Below, piece by piece: positions 19,423 through 29,906 of a stretch of 64,000 nt of DNA (position 1 is the first letter of the stretch; each line of letters opens with the position of its first letter). The stretch is from Candidatus Latescibacterota bacterium (lineage in GTDB: Bacteria > Latescibacterota > UBA2968 > UBA8231): the NCBI GenBank assembly GCA_965200315.1, contig OZ241362.1, positions 5,152,001-5,216,000 of the forward strand. The letters run 5' to 3'. The notes beneath the pieces are model-generated. The model saw nothing but the letters and a program-made list of their open reading frames with translations, made no database searches and was not told where the DNA came from. Both the position numbers and the translations under genes were made by a program.

Positions 19423-20676
19423 TCATTCCGCGGTCATCACCGGCGACTCGGCGGCGCGGGCGTGGAGCTTGGCGAATTCAGCGCTGCCGTCGTCGTCGAC
19501 TAGCTCGGTGCTCGATCCCCATTCGTCAACCGGGTGATTGCCGCTCTGAAAGAAGGCCCACTTCTGCCCGGAGTTGGCAAAGTAGATGTTGATGCCGCCG
19601 GCGCGGGCTACCTTGACCAGCCGTTTGGGTAGGCTGTGGTCGGCTTGATCGACTCGGTACTTTGCCAGCGCCTCTTCGTCGATCTCAATGCCCAAACCCG
19701 GTGATTCGGGCACCCGGGCGTGGCCGCCGATGACCTCGATTCGCTGGTTGAGCAGGCTGTGCTCGTACAGCTCGTGGCAGGTGATAGTCGGCCACTGGGC
19801 TTGGACTAGCACCGCGCTCAGGTGCAGCGAAAGGGCAGTGGTTGGCCCGGCACCGACCATCTGCAGGAAGAAGGGCATGCGCAGCGCCTCGCACGTGCGG
19901 CCTTGGCTGATGATCCCGTTGACGCCGCCGCCCAAGATCCAGCCGTCACAGACGCCGCCGAGCTCCATGGCCTCGCGGGGGTGGATTACGCCGTAGTGAT
20001 GGGCGATGGCGGTGCTGATTTGGGTGCGTAGGAAGCGGTTGCCAGAGGCGTCGTGGCGCGGAATGGGGTCTTCAAAAATCTTGATTTTGGGGAAGGTCTG
20101 CTCCAGCTCGCGCAGCAAGGGGATGGCGTTGGAGGCGTTGTTCAAAAAGGCGTTCCAGTCGGCGTCGATGCGGAAGTGGTCGGGGGTGACGGCGCTGATT
20201 TGGCGGATGGTCTCGCGGACATCGAACCACGGTCGGGTCTTGATCTTTATGCTGTTGTAGCCGAGTTCGACCGCGGTTTGCGCCTCAATGGCGTAGCGCT
20301 CCGGCGACATATCGTGATCCCAAAACGAGATGGCGCACCAGTCGCGGCACTTGGTGCCCAACAGCTTGTAGAGCGGTACGCCGGCTAGTTTCCCAGCAGC
20401 GTCGAAGAGGGCCATCTGCAAGCCAGCGCCCAAGGAGTCGTCCCACATGACGGCAAAGGGCGATTGGCCGAGGACGCGCTCGTGGGTTTGGACGCGGCCC
20501 CAAGTGTAGTTCTGAATGGTCTCGCCCCAGCCGACGGCGCCGGCGTCGGTTTCGACGCGGGTGATTTCGAGCTCGGACCAAGTGTGGATGCCAGCGCGTT
20601 CCATGTCGCGGCGGACGCGTTCGACAAACGGCACTTGCAGGGTGAAGCGTTCGACGTGGGTGATTTTGGCGGTCAT
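19423..20676 (-). CDS. Mandelate racemase/muconate lactonizing enzyme family protein
   Basis: ALFDAAGKLAGVPLYKLLG, KIK, RIDAD, FEDP, VPESPGLGIEID. Confidence 0.9.
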   Translation of the reverse strand: MTAKITHVERFTLQVPFVERVRRDMERAGIHTWSELEITRVETDAGAVGWGETIQNYTWGRVQTHERVLGQSPFAVMWDDSLGAGLQMALFDAAGKLAGVPLYKLLGTKCRDWCAISFWDHDMSPERYAIEAQTAVELGYNSIKIKTRPWFDVRETIRQISAVTPDHFRIDADWNAFLNNASNAIPLLRELEQTFPKIKIFEDPIPRHDASGNRFLRTQISTAIAHHYGVIHPREAMELGGVCDGWILGGGVNGIISQGRTCEALRMPFFLQMVGAGPTTALSLHLSAVLVQAQWPTITCHELYEHSLLNQRIEVIGGHARVPESPGLGIEIDEEALAKYRVDQADHSLPKRLVKVARAGGINIYFANSGQKWAFFQSGNHPVDEWGSSTELVDDDGSAEFAKLHARAAESPVMTAE

Positions 20677-20826
20677 GGGTGGGCCTTCCTTGGCGTTGGA
20701 TGATATGGCGCAGGTAGTGTCGAATGAGGTAGCGGCGGTGTCAAGGCGGCTGTGGCTGATGCCCGCTTGACGGCCCAAGCACACCTCCCTTAATTCCCCG
20801 CCTCACACAGCTACAAGGAATGCCCT

Positions 20827-21786
20827 ATGCCTGCCACTACTTGGCGCTATCACCCCTGGGCGGGTGTGTTCCCCGCGACCCTGTGCCCCTTCCACGCCGA
20901 CGAGTCGATTGACGAAGAAGGGCTGCGGGACTATATCGCCGAATTGGCCGCGGTCAATGGCGTCGATGGCTTGACCTGCAATGGCCACACCGGCGAGATC
21001 ATGTCGCTGCGTCCGGCCGAGCGCAATCGAGTGACGCAGATTGTGGCCGAGACGGTCAAGGCTGCTGGGCGCACGGTGAAGACGATCTCCGGCGTGTCGG
21101 TTGAGGGCAGCTTGGAGGGCATGGACCACGCGCTCGCGGCCAAGGAAGCCGGGGCCGATGCGATCTTGTTGATGCCGCCGCACCACTGGTTGCGCTTCGG
21201 CCGCTCGAGCCAGACGGCCGTGGGCTTTTTTGAGGATGTGGCCTCGGCCGGGGTCGACATGGTGGTGCATCAGTATCCAGCGTGGACCAAGGCCGGCTAT
21301 ACGCTCGCCGAGATGAAGGCGCTGGTGCAGATTCCCCAAGTCAAGTGCATCAAGATGGGCACCCGCGATATGAGCCGCTGGCTCTACGACTACCAAGAGT
21401 TGAAAAAAGTGAACCCCGACGTGCCGATTATCACCTGCCACGACGAATTCTTGTTGCCCAGCTTGCTGGAGGCGGCCGATGGGGCGCTGGTCGGCTTTGC
21501 CGGTTTTGTGCCCGAGCTGATCGTCGAGTTGGTGCAGCGGGCGTTGGACGGGGATTTGGCGAGAGCCAAGGAAGTGCAGAAAAAGGTCGAGCCGCTCAAC
21601 CGCATCGTCTATGCTTTTGGCGAGCCATCGTCGAGCGCGCATCAGCGCATGAAGTGCGCCCGCTGGCTGCTGGGCAAGTTCCCCTCGCCCAAGATGCGGC
21701 GGCCCCTGCGGGATTTGCCTCCGGCGGAGATCGCAGGCATTCGGCAGGGGTTGGAGGCGCTTGGTTACGAGTGCGTCTGCAAATGA
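20827..21786 (+). CDS. Dihydrodipicolinate synthase family protein
   Basis: GVFPATLCPF, CNGHTGE..SL..AER, GADAILLMPP, catalytic Lys in CIKMG. Confidence 0.9.
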   Translation: MPATTWRYHPWAGVFPATLCPFHADESIDEEGLRDYIAELAAVNGVDGLTCNGHTGEIMSLRPAERNRVTQIVAETVKAAGRTVKTISGVSVEGSLEGMDHALAAKEAGADAILLMPPHHWLRFGRSSQTAVGFFEDVASAGVDMVVHQYPAWTKAGYTLAEMKALVQIPQVKCIKMGTRDMSRWLYDYQELKKVNPDVPIITCHDEFLLPSLLEAADGALVGFAGFVPELIVELVQRALDGDLARAKEVQKKVEPLNRIVYAFGEPSSSAHQRMKCARWLLGKFPSPKMRRPLRDLPPAEIAGIRQGLEALGYECVCK

Positions 21787-21876
21787 TAGCAATCTTACGT
21801 CGTTTATAAGGTGATCCGCAGATGGACGTCTAGCCACTTCTCGGATCGTTCAAATCCTATAAGAGAGCAGGTGGTC

Positions 21877-23157
21877 ATGGAAGTCCCCAAGTTAGATAAC
21901 CCCGTAAAAGTCGCCCTGATCGGCACGGGCAATCGCGCCCGCACCATTTATCAGCCCTTGCTGCCGGCGCTCACAGACTGGGTTGAAGTGGTGGCCTGCG
22001 TCGATCCGGTGCAAGCGCATTGCGACCGGGCGGCCGCCGCGCTCGGCGCACGGGCTTATTACGACGTGCGAGAGTTGGTCAAGGACGGAATCGCCGAGGC
22101 GGCCTTGGTCGTCACGCCGGTGCCCTCGCACTACGCTTATTCGATATATCTGTCGAGCCACGGCATCCACAACATGTGCGAGACGACTTGGTGCAGCTTG
22201 ATAGCCCAAGCGCGGGCAATGATCCGCGTGGCGCGGGAGCAGGGGGTGGTGGTGCGCGTGGCGGAAAACTTCTTCCGCTTTGCCTGCGACCGCTTCGCCC
22301 TGACCGTGAAAGACAGCGGATTTATCGGTCGCATTGGCCGCATCTTCAGCTACGCCGACCACACCGGGTATCACAACAACTCGCGCTGGGTGCGCTTTTT
22401 TGGCCATCCAATGTGGGCGCAGGCCATTGGGCATTCGATGGCGACGCCGTCCTTCCGCTCCATGCCGCACCGCTTTCACTCCGGCGAGCACTTCAAGGCG
22501 CATTACTTCGGCTTTGCCGCTGGCGAGATGGTCGCCGATCAACTCGCCAATGGCAAAGGTTGGTTGGGGCGGCATCCGCGGCCTGGGTACACCGAATGGC
22601 AGGGCGAGCGGGGGACGCTGCTCTACCGAGCGCAGGACCCGGGGGTGGGAGCGAGCAAAGGGGGCTTTACGCTGGCCCAGATGCAGCTTCGGCGCTGTTC
22701 GGATGCGGGCATGGACCCTGAGCACGGAGTGGCGACGATTCGCTCGATTGCCGACGAGATCATCGACGTCATCGACGAGGACGACGGCTGTAGCTGGACC
22801 CGGACCTATGCCGACACCAGCACGGGCCGGCTCGAGTACAAAAATCCCTTCCGCACCCATGAGTATTCGAATCTGCGCAAGGACTATGGCGCGTCGGCCA
22901 TGAGCCATATCGCCGACTTTGCGCTCGCCGTGCGGGGGGTGCAGCAGAGCGAGTTTGACGACGAAGACGCGTTGATGTCGCTGGTGATGGACGTGGCCTG
23001 CGATTTGTCGGCGCAGAACGAGGGGCAGCGGATAGCCCTGCCATTGGCCGACGAGGCGGCCGCGGACGCCCCGCAGCACCAGAGCCTAGCCAAACAGTAC
23101 GGCATCGATCCCATGGACGTAGAGGGCATGATGTCGGTCAACTACGCCCAGCCCTGA
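21877..23157 (+). CDS. Gfo/Idh/MocA family oxidoreductase
   Basis: VALIGTGNRA Rossmann motif, VVTP...H, VAENF. Confidence 0.8.
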   Translation: MEVPKLDNPVKVALIGTGNRARTIYQPLLPALTDWVEVVACVDPVQAHCDRAAAALGARAYYDVRELVKDGIAEAALVVTPVPSHYAYSIYLSSHGIHNMCETTWCSLIAQARAMIRVAREQGVVVRVAENFFRFACDRFALTVKDSGFIGRIGRIFSYADHTGYHNNSRWVRFFGHPMWAQAIGHSMATPSFRSMPHRFHSGEHFKAHYFGFAAGEMVADQLANGKGWLGRHPRPGYTEWQGERGTLLYRAQDPGVGASKGGFTLAQMQLRRCSDAGMDPEHGVATIRSIADEIIDVIDEDDGCSWTRTYADTSTGRLEYKNPFRTHEYSNLRKDYGASAMSHIADFALAVRGVQQSEFDDEDALMSLVMDVACDLSAQNEGQRIALPLADEAAADAPQHQSLAKQYGIDPMDVEGMMSVNYAQP

Positions 23158-23159
23158 CC

Positions 23160-24260
23160 ATGGGACGGGGCACACTGTATCCGCCCGAGTCGCGGACTTG
23201 GCGCGACGCCCAGACGGGTGCTGAAGTCCGCCAAGTTACGGCGCACCCGTCGATCCACCACCATCCGTTCTATTATATTCCCGCGTACGACGACGCCATG
23301 CAGCATCTGGTGTTTGTCTCGCACCGCACGGGCCGGGCGGAGCTTTTCCTTGAATTGCGCCATTCCGGGCAGTTGCTACAGCTAACCGAGCACGAGGGGC
23401 TGGCCGAGTTTTCGATTTCGCCGTCGCACGATGGCCGCTATGTCTATTTCACCGATGGGCAGGGGGCTTGGCGAGTAGATACCGAGACCTGCCGGGAAGA
23501 GCAGGTGGCTTCTTTTGCTACGGCGGCCATGCGCGAAAAAGGCATGGCCGCAGCGGCGATGGGCACGACGGCACTCAGTTACGACGATGCGTGGTGGGCG
23601 GTGCCGGTGAAGGTGGGCGATGCGGCGCGCTTGGTGGTGGTCGATACCTGTAGTGGCGCGAGTGAGGTGATCGTGGAGCGGGATTCGATTGGCCATCCAG
23701 AATTTCATCCCAATGATAGTTCACTACTGCGCTATGCCGGGCCGTATTACGAGCGGATGTGGGTGGTAAATCGGGACGGCAGCGACCATCGGCTGGCGTA
23801 CGTGCGCGAGGGGAACGAGTGGATCGTCCACGAGACTTGGCATCCGCGCAAGCGGGAGCTGCTGACGACGCGCTGGCCGCACGGGGTCATCGGCGTGGAT
23901 GTCGATAGCGGAGCCGTGCGGCCGGTCTGTTCGTTCAACGCTTGGCATCCGATGGTCCGCCGCGACGGTACACGGATGGTGGCGGATACCACGTTTCCCG
24001 ATAGCGGCTTGCAGGTGTTGGACCCCAACGACGGCGTCGGCGCACCGCAACTGCTCTGTTTGTCGCAGTCGAGCAACGAGGGCAAACACTGGAACATTGA
24101 TCACTGTCCGTACGACGACGGCCCGGTCGAAGTCTATGCGCCGCAGCACACGCATCCGCACCCGAATTTTTCGCCGGATGGGTGCTACGTGGTTTTTGCG
24201 TCGGATCGGAGTGGGTGGGCGCAGGTGTATGAGTGTAGGGTGCCGGATGCGATGCGTTAA
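23160..24260 (+). CDS. Oligogalacturonate lyase-like beta-propeller protein
   Basis: D..TG.EVRQVT....HHHPFYY, GHPEFHP, VHETW, HTHPHPNFSPDG. Confidence 0.8.
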   Translation: MGRGTLYPPESRTWRDAQTGAEVRQVTAHPSIHHHPFYYIPAYDDAMQHLVFVSHRTGRAELFLELRHSGQLLQLTEHEGLAEFSISPSHDGRYVYFTDGQGAWRVDTETCREEQVASFATAAMREKGMAAAAMGTTALSYDDAWWAVPVKVGDAARLVVVDTCSGASEVIVERDSIGHPEFHPNDSSLLRYAGPYYERMWVVNRDGSDHRLAYVREGNEWIVHETWHPRKRELLTTRWPHGVIGVDVDSGAVRPVCSFNAWHPMVRRDGTRMVADTTFPDSGLQVLDPNDGVGAPQLLCLSQSSNEGKHWNIDHCPYDDGPVEVYAPQHTHPHPNFSPDGCYVVFASDRSGWAQVYECRVPDAMR

Positions 24261-24282
24261 ATTTTATTGGGGAGATAGCTAG

Positions 24283-25113
24283 ATGCCTACTTCCACTATT
24301 TTGTTGGGCGATTGCCGCGAAAAACTCGGCGGGGTCGCGTCCGAATCCGCCGACTTGATCGTCACTTCGCCGCCGTATGCCAATCAGCGCGCTAGCACCT
24401 ATGGTGGGGTAAAGCCCGACGAGTACGTGGCGTGGTTTTTGCCGATTGCCGACGAGTTGCAGCGCGTACTCAAGCCGAGCGGCACTTTTGTTTTGAATAT
24501 CAAGGAATGTGCTGTCAAAGGGGAGCGGCACACCTATGTGCTGGAATTGATACTTGCGCTGCGGCAGCAGGGTTGGCTGTGGACCGAGGAGTTTGTGTGG
24601 CACAAGAAAAACTGCTATCCCGGCAAGTGGCCGAATCGGTTTAGGGATTCTTGGGAGCGGCTGTTGCAGTTCAACAAGCAGCGCCAATTCAAGATGAACC
24701 AAGAAGCCGTGATGGTCCCTGTGGGCGACTGGTATGAACGGAGGATGCACAACCTGAGCGCGACCGATCGCCGGCGCGACGAGTCCAATGTGGGCAGCGG
24801 CTTTGGCAAGAAGGTGGAAAATTGGCTGGGACGCGACAAGGTCTATCCTACCAATGTGCTGCACCGCGCCACCGAATGTGCCAACCGCAGCCATAGTGCG
24901 GCTTTTCCGCGTTGGTTGCCGGAGTGGTTTATAGATTTGTTCACCGACCCCGGCGATGTGGTGTTGGATCCGTTTATTGGCTCGGGGACGACGGCGTTTG
25001 CTGCACTGGATAAGGGGCGGCACGTCATCGGCATTGAGATGCACGAGCCGTATTACGAGGAGTTGCAGCAGAAACTCGACCAAGATCAACCCATTTTACT
25101 GTCGTTTACTTAG
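24283..25113 (+). CDS. Beta-class DNA methyltransferase (orphan), paralogue of 6221..7039
   Basis: DLIVTSPPY, HSAAFP, VLDPFIGSGTT. Confidence 0.92.
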   Translation: MPTSTILLGDCREKLGGVASESADLIVTSPPYANQRASTYGGVKPDEYVAWFLPIADELQRVLKPSGTFVLNIKECAVKGERHTYVLELILALRQQGWLWTEEFVWHKKNCYPGKWPNRFRDSWERLLQFNKQRQFKMNQEAVMVPVGDWYERRMHNLSATDRRRDESNVGSGFGKKVENWLGRDKVYPTNVLHRATECANRSHSAAFPRWLPEWFIDLFTDPGDVVLDPFIGSGTTAFAALDKGRHVIGIEMHEPYYEELQQKLDQDQPILLSFT

Positions 25114-25131
25114 GGCGAGAATATATTAGCT

Positions 25132-25436
25132 ATGATGACATATAGGGATATAATTACTTCATAAGCTCTTTTCCGATTGAGATTGATACGGATATCCAAT
25201 TAAAGGGAAGACCTCCGACCATGGCGAGTTCGGATTTTCTGACAAATAAAGAACAAGGCGACTGGGCGGAGCAAATTGTACTCAATGCAGTAAATGCACA
25301 TTCTACAGAGTACTGCGCGGTACAATACGGGCGTTCTGACAATCTTGCAGCAGGTGATCCGGGATTTGCCGAATTCTATTCAGAGTATCAAAATGAATTA
25401 AACAGTATAGGCAAGAAGCCAGAGAAATTATTGATC
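25132..25436 (+). pseudogene. AccI-family restriction endonuclease, N-terminal remnant
   Basis: PPTMASSDFLTNKEQGDWAE...YGRSDNLAAGDPGF..FY..YQNELNSIGKKP. Frameshift near 25160, and the fragment breaks off into the MTase after ~100 codons. Confidence 0.75.
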
Positions 25437-26936
25437 ATGTCTGATTATCTTCAAATGGTTGGCGAGAAGCACCAGAAGCGGTTTGGACAGTTTTTTACTC
25501 CAGATGCAGTGGCTGCTTTTATGGTGGATTGGGTATTGGATTCAGGAGCGAATGTGGTGTTTGATCCGGCGTTTGGGTTGGGGGCGTTTCACGCGGCGAT
25601 TGATGATCGAGCTGGCGTTCAGTTCACAGGGTGTGAAGTGGATGCTACCATCGTCGAGTTCTGGGAGCAAAACTCAGGGGAACGTGCGGATTTTGTTACA
25701 ATTGAAGACTATTTGCTTTCTTGGGGCGGCCAATACGACAGTATCGTTTGCAACCCACCGTACATGCGCTTTCAGAAGTTTCTCAATAGGGATGTAGTTG
25801 CGTGTGCGTTTGAGGAAAATCTCGGTCTAAAGCTCTCTGGCTATATGAACACCGCGTCGGCCTTTCTGCTCAAGTCACTTTCTGAACTTTCTGAACGTGG
25901 CCGCTTGGCGTATATCATGCCGCTTGAGTTCTTGAATGCGGGATACGGTACGTTGGTAAAGCAAAAACTCGTTGAATCTGGCCACTTGTGCAGCATTATC
26001 AGCTTCGATTGCGAGAAAGACATTTTCCCGGATGCGACCACGTCTGTGGGCATCATTTTATACGACAGAGCGGTTTATCATATCGCGGTCCAGTTTTTCC
26101 GTCTGCAATCTATAGACGAACTCGCCGCATTCGAGAGTCTGCAACCCGTTGCTGAAGTTCCTCGCTCGACATTGGAGCCGCAGGCCAAGTGGCTGCCCCA
26201 TTTCCAAGGAACGGCGTTCAGCGTTGATCGCCAAAAGATGACGACTCTTGCACACTTTGGAAAATTTAGCCGAGGCATTGCCACAGGTGCGAATGCGTTC
26301 TTCGTCCTAAATCCTACGAGTGTAGCAGCAAGCCACCTCGGTGCGGCCGAGTGCGTACCCTGCATTGCCAAGAGTTCGCAGATTAAAACGGCTGTTTTTA
26401 GGGATGCGGATTTTGCGGATAATCCTGTCTTTCTGTTCTCGGTCACAGGCAATCTCTCCAAGGGCGCTGAAGATTACATCAGGTTTGGGGAAAGCGAGGG
26501 CTATCACGAGCGATTTTTGACGAAAAACAGAACGCCGTGGTACAAAACAGAAACGCGAAGTCCGGCGCCCCTTTTGTTCGGCGTGTTCTCACGCGATGGC
26601 TATAAGGTCGTATTAAACAAGACTAAGGCATTGAACTTGACTTGCTACCATGGATTCCAACCCAACCTGTTGGGTGCCGCATACACAGAGCACTTGTTTC
26701 TTTATCTGTCGTCGCAAATAGGAAGGCAGATCGTAGCTCGCTCTATGCGCCAATACGGTCGGGCGCTGGATAAGTTTGAACCTAATGATTTGAATGACGC
26801 TTTGGTGCCCACGGCGGCTTTCTTCGATACCATATCCAAGGAGAAAGTCGCCGAAGCCGTCCGATTTTTGGAGGAGAACGGAGCGTTGCCGGAGTGGATG
26901 GAAGAATTCTTCGCGCCGTTGAAGTGTGAAGAGTAA
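25437..26936 (+). CDS. Gamma-class N6-adenine DNA methyltransferase (M.AccI/Eco57I-like)
   Basis: GQFFTP, FDPAFGLGAF (motif I), VCNPPY (motif IV), RGIATGAN.FF. Confidence 0.88.
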   Translation: MSDYLQMVGEKHQKRFGQFFTPDAVAAFMVDWVLDSGANVVFDPAFGLGAFHAAIDDRAGVQFTGCEVDATIVEFWEQNSGERADFVTIEDYLLSWGGQYDSIVCNPPYMRFQKFLNRDVVACAFEENLGLKLSGYMNTASAFLLKSLSELSERGRLAYIMPLEFLNAGYGTLVKQKLVESGHLCSIISFDCEKDIFPDATTSVGIILYDRAVYHIAVQFFRLQSIDELAAFESLQPVAEVPRSTLEPQAKWLPHFQGTAFSVDRQKMTTLAHFGKFSRGIATGANAFFVLNPTSVAASHLGAAECVPCIAKSSQIKTAVFRDADFADNPVFLFSVTGNLSKGAEDYIRFGESEGYHERFLTKNRTPWYKTETRSPAPLLFGVFSRDGYKVVLNKTKALNLTCYHGFQPNLLGAAYTEHLFLYLSSQIGRQIVARSMRQYGRALDKFEPNDLNDALVPTAAFFDTISKEKVAEAVRFLEENGALPEWMEEFFAPLKCEE

Positions 26937-26976
26937 AAGATAAATCACTGGTCACTTATATAGAAAGGAAAGGAAC

Positions 26977-27873
26977 ATGCTACCCATCGTCGATACGCAT
27001 CAACACCTGTGGGATTTGGCGCAATTCGCGCTGCCGTGGTTGGAAGGCGAGGGAATGGACTCGCTGCGGAAAAATCACTTGCTGAGCGATTACTTGGCCG
27101 CGGCTGAAGGAGCCGGCATCGCCCGCACCATTTACATGGAAGTCGACGTCGCCGCTGCGCAGCGCATTGCGGAAGCGGAGTTTGTCGCCGGCTTGTGTCG
27201 GGCCGACGACAATCCAATGGCCGCGGCGGTGATCGGGGGCAGTCCGGGGGCGGAGGGTTTCCGCGCTTATATCGACCGCTTTAAGGGCGAGGATGCTATC
27301 AAAGGCGTACGGCAGGTGTTGCACGTGCCCGACGCCGCGCCGGGTCATTGTCGGCAGGAGCGTTTCGTCCGGGATGTGCAGTACCTAGGAGCGCTCGGCA
27401 TGAGCTTCGATCTGTGCCTGCGACCGAGCGAGTTGGGGGATGCGGTGGGCTTGGTGGATCAGTGCCCGGAAACGCGCTTCATCGTCGATCACTGTGGCAA
27501 TGCCGACCCGCAGATCGTCAACGGCGCGGCTGAGCACAATCCGGCCAACCCGTTCAGCCACACCAAAGAGCAGTGGCAGCGCGACATGGCGGCCTTGGCC
27601 GAGCGCGAGCATTCAGTGTGCAAGATATCCGGGATTGTCGCCCGGGCACCCGCCGGGTGGAACGCCGACACGCTGGCACCGACAGTCAATTACTGCTTGG
27701 ACTGCTTCGGGCCGGACCGGGTGGTGTTCGGCGGCGACTGGCCGGTGTGCAACTTCGGGGCGAGTTTGGGTGCGTGGGTGGCTGCGTTGCGGGAGATCGT
27801 CTCCGGGCGGCCGCAGGAAGAACAGGCCAAATTACTCGCCGGCAATGCCGAGCGGCTCTACGGACTGGAGTGA
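26977..27873 (+). CDS. Amidohydrolase 2 family (L-fuconolactonase-like)
   Basis: IVDTHQHLWD, KGVRQ, IVDHCG, CKISG, FGGDWPV. Confidence 0.88.
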   Translation: MLPIVDTHQHLWDLAQFALPWLEGEGMDSLRKNHLLSDYLAAAEGAGIARTIYMEVDVAAAQRIAEAEFVAGLCRADDNPMAAAVIGGSPGAEGFRAYIDRFKGEDAIKGVRQVLHVPDAAPGHCRQERFVRDVQYLGALGMSFDLCLRPSELGDAVGLVDQCPETRFIVDHCGNADPQIVNGAAEHNPANPFSHTKEQWQRDMAALAEREHSVCKISGIVARAPAGWNADTLAPTVNYCLDCFGPDRVVFGGDWPVCNFGASLGAWVAALREIVSGRPQEEQAKLLAGNAERLYGLE

Positions 27874-27875
27874 GT

Positions 27876-28889
27876 ATGGACCCTTTTGAGAAAGTAGCGA
27901 TTGGCAACACGGGCGTGGAGGTGACGCGGCTGGGGTTGGGCGGCGCGCCGTTGGGTGGGATGGTTCTAGCCGACGGGATTTTTGTGGGTAGCGGCTACGA
28001 CGCGGCCTTGGCCATCATCCGCCGGGCATACGCAATGGGCGTGCGCTACTTTGATACCGCACCGATGTACGGCGACGGGCGCAGCGAGGTGCGCTACGGG
28101 CGGGTGTTAGGCGAGTTCCCACGGGCGTCGTTTGCCATCTCGACCAAGGGATCGCGGGTCTTGCGGCCTGCCAACCCGGATGACTTGGCTCCCTACAGCG
28201 AGGATGGGATTCCGCACTATACCTATGATTTTGACTTCAGCGCCGAGGGCCTGCGGGCTTCGCTCGATTCGAGCTTGGAACGGTTGGGGTTGGCGGCGGT
28301 GGATATTTTCTTCGTCCACGACAGCGACTTTGCGGGGCAGCACACCGACGAGGATTTTATCGAAGCGCTGGAGGCGGCGGTCGAATTGCGGGCCGAGGAC
28401 ACGGTCAAGGCCATCGGCATGGGTATGAACGAATGGGAGCGCACTGGGCGGATGGTTGAGTGCTTTGACTTGGACTACATCCTGCTGGCCGGGCGCTATA
28501 CGCTGCTGGACCAGTCGGCGCTGCCCGAGTTTTTGCCGCTGTGCGTAGAGCGCGGAGTGAAGCTGACTATGGGCGGGCCGTACAACAGCGGCATCCTCGC
28601 CCGCGATTTGAGCCAGCCGGTGTCTTTTGATTACCTGCCCGCGCCTGAGCATCTAGTGCAACAGGCCAAGGCACTCAAGGCGGTCTGCGACCGGCACGGC
28701 GTTGAACTGCGGGCCGCGGCATTGCAATTTCCCTTTGGGGATGAGGCGGTGATTTCGGTAGTGCCCGGTGCGGCGTCGGTAGCCGAGCTGGAGGACAACG
28801 CGCGCGTGATGCAGGCGGAGATACCGTCGGTTCTGTGGGCGGAGTTGAAGGCCGAAGGGCTGTTGCCAGAGGCTGCGCCGACGCCGTGA
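27876..28889 (+). CDS. Aldo/keto reductase (D-threo-aldose/L-fucose dehydrogenase-like)
   Basis: LGLGGAPLG, YFDTAPMYG.G.SE, STK, LAGRYTLLDQ, PYNSGIL. Confidence 0.9.
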   Translation: MDPFEKVAIGNTGVEVTRLGLGGAPLGGMVLADGIFVGSGYDAALAIIRRAYAMGVRYFDTAPMYGDGRSEVRYGRVLGEFPRASFAISTKGSRVLRPANPDDLAPYSEDGIPHYTYDFDFSAEGLRASLDSSLERLGLAAVDIFFVHDSDFAGQHTDEDFIEALEAAVELRAEDTVKAIGMGMNEWERTGRMVECFDLDYILLAGRYTLLDQSALPEFLPLCVERGVKLTMGGPYNSGILARDLSQPVSFDYLPAPEHLVQQAKALKAVCDRHGVELRAAALQFPFGDEAVISVVPGAASVAELEDNARVMQAEIPSVLWAELKAEGLLPEAAPTP

Positions 28890-29135
28890 GAAAATGTTAA
28901 AGTTGTAGTTACAATTTCTTGCGGTTAGATCGATCAATCCTACCTCATTCGTGAGATGCGGCGCCTCGCTGGGTGCGCGGGCGGCCCCCCAAGGAGAACC
29001 CCCAAGCACCGGCGGGGCCAAGGCGACGAGAGCACAGCTCGGTAAGCACCGCAAGGCGGCCATCAGCAACACTTTTACCGCGCCTGTCGACAAGGCGACG
29101 AGCAAGAGCATACAAGAGCATAAGCGCGATGAATC

Positions 29136-29906
29136 CTATTTATGGTTTTTGATCTGGCCCCACGTCGTTGTAGTTATCGCGGTGGGCTCTTGTGGCCTTG
29201 ATGCAAGGCGCATCAAGTCAAAGCTAAGACTGTATTCCCATCGTCCTATTTTGCCAAGGGGTGCTGCGGAGTAAGCAATAAAGCCTATGGTAGATCCCGG
29301 AGTTATGTCTTGATGAAGCATAGCTCCGGGATCGGAAAAACTTTCTGACAGTGTGGCGATGCCGACAAGGCAATCCTCATCTTTAAACAAGCGAAACTCA
29401 ATGGTTATATTGGTGAGTATGCCATTAGTATCGTTGTACAATTCGCCTAATATCACCGCTGTTGAATCCGGCCCGAAGGTCGTAAAATTCAAGGACTCCT
29501 CTACTAGTATTAGGCCACCAGTCAAAGACTCGGTATCAGGATCTGGCGATCTGGCATAGCCAGAGAATCTAATACTAAAGTCGTCGTATTGTCCTTGTTC
29601 AAAATCTGTTTCAATGGTAAATGGACAGATCTGACCGGGCTGGATATGCTCGTAAATATCTGGACGGCCAGAGATAACCGCCAAGACTACGCCTTGTAGC
29701 TTGACTGTTACGACTACTTGGATTGGCTGGACTGATTCAAACTCGTCTACGTTTAGAGCTTCGCCTATAAAGGCGATCTTTCCGTTATCGTCTACTACTT
29801 CCTCGACACTAACAATCTTGAAATACTCATCGGAGTAGAAAGCGATAGCGGGGGATGCCGTTAAGAAAACGGCGACAATCAGGCAAATCACGACTTTCGC
29901 GCCCAT
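29136..29906 (-). CDS. Secreted protein with two FxLYD-like domains and C-terminal TTWGQIK tail
   Basis: Signal peptide, repeated (I/L)GE.LN...I.PG..F units, ends PTAITTTTWGQIKNHK. Lower GC. Confidence 0.7.
   Translation of the reverse strand: MGAKVVICLIVAVFLTASPAIAFYSDEYFKIVSVEEVVDDNGKIAFIGEALNVDEFESVQPIQVVVTVKLQGVVLAVISGRPDIYEHIQPGQICPFTIETDFEQGQYDDFSIRFSGYARSPDPDTESLTGGLILVEESLNFTTFGPDSTAVILGELYNDTNGILTNITIEFRLFKDEDCLVGIATLSESFSDPGAMLHQDITPGSTIGFIAYSAAPLGKIGRWEYSLSFDLMRLASRPQEPTAITTTTWGQIKNHK

Noticed and set aside
20803-25089. Long minus-strand ORFs (344, 395 and 384 aa)
   Set aside because: They are antisense shadows of well-supported plus-strand genes, as is common in high-GC DNA.
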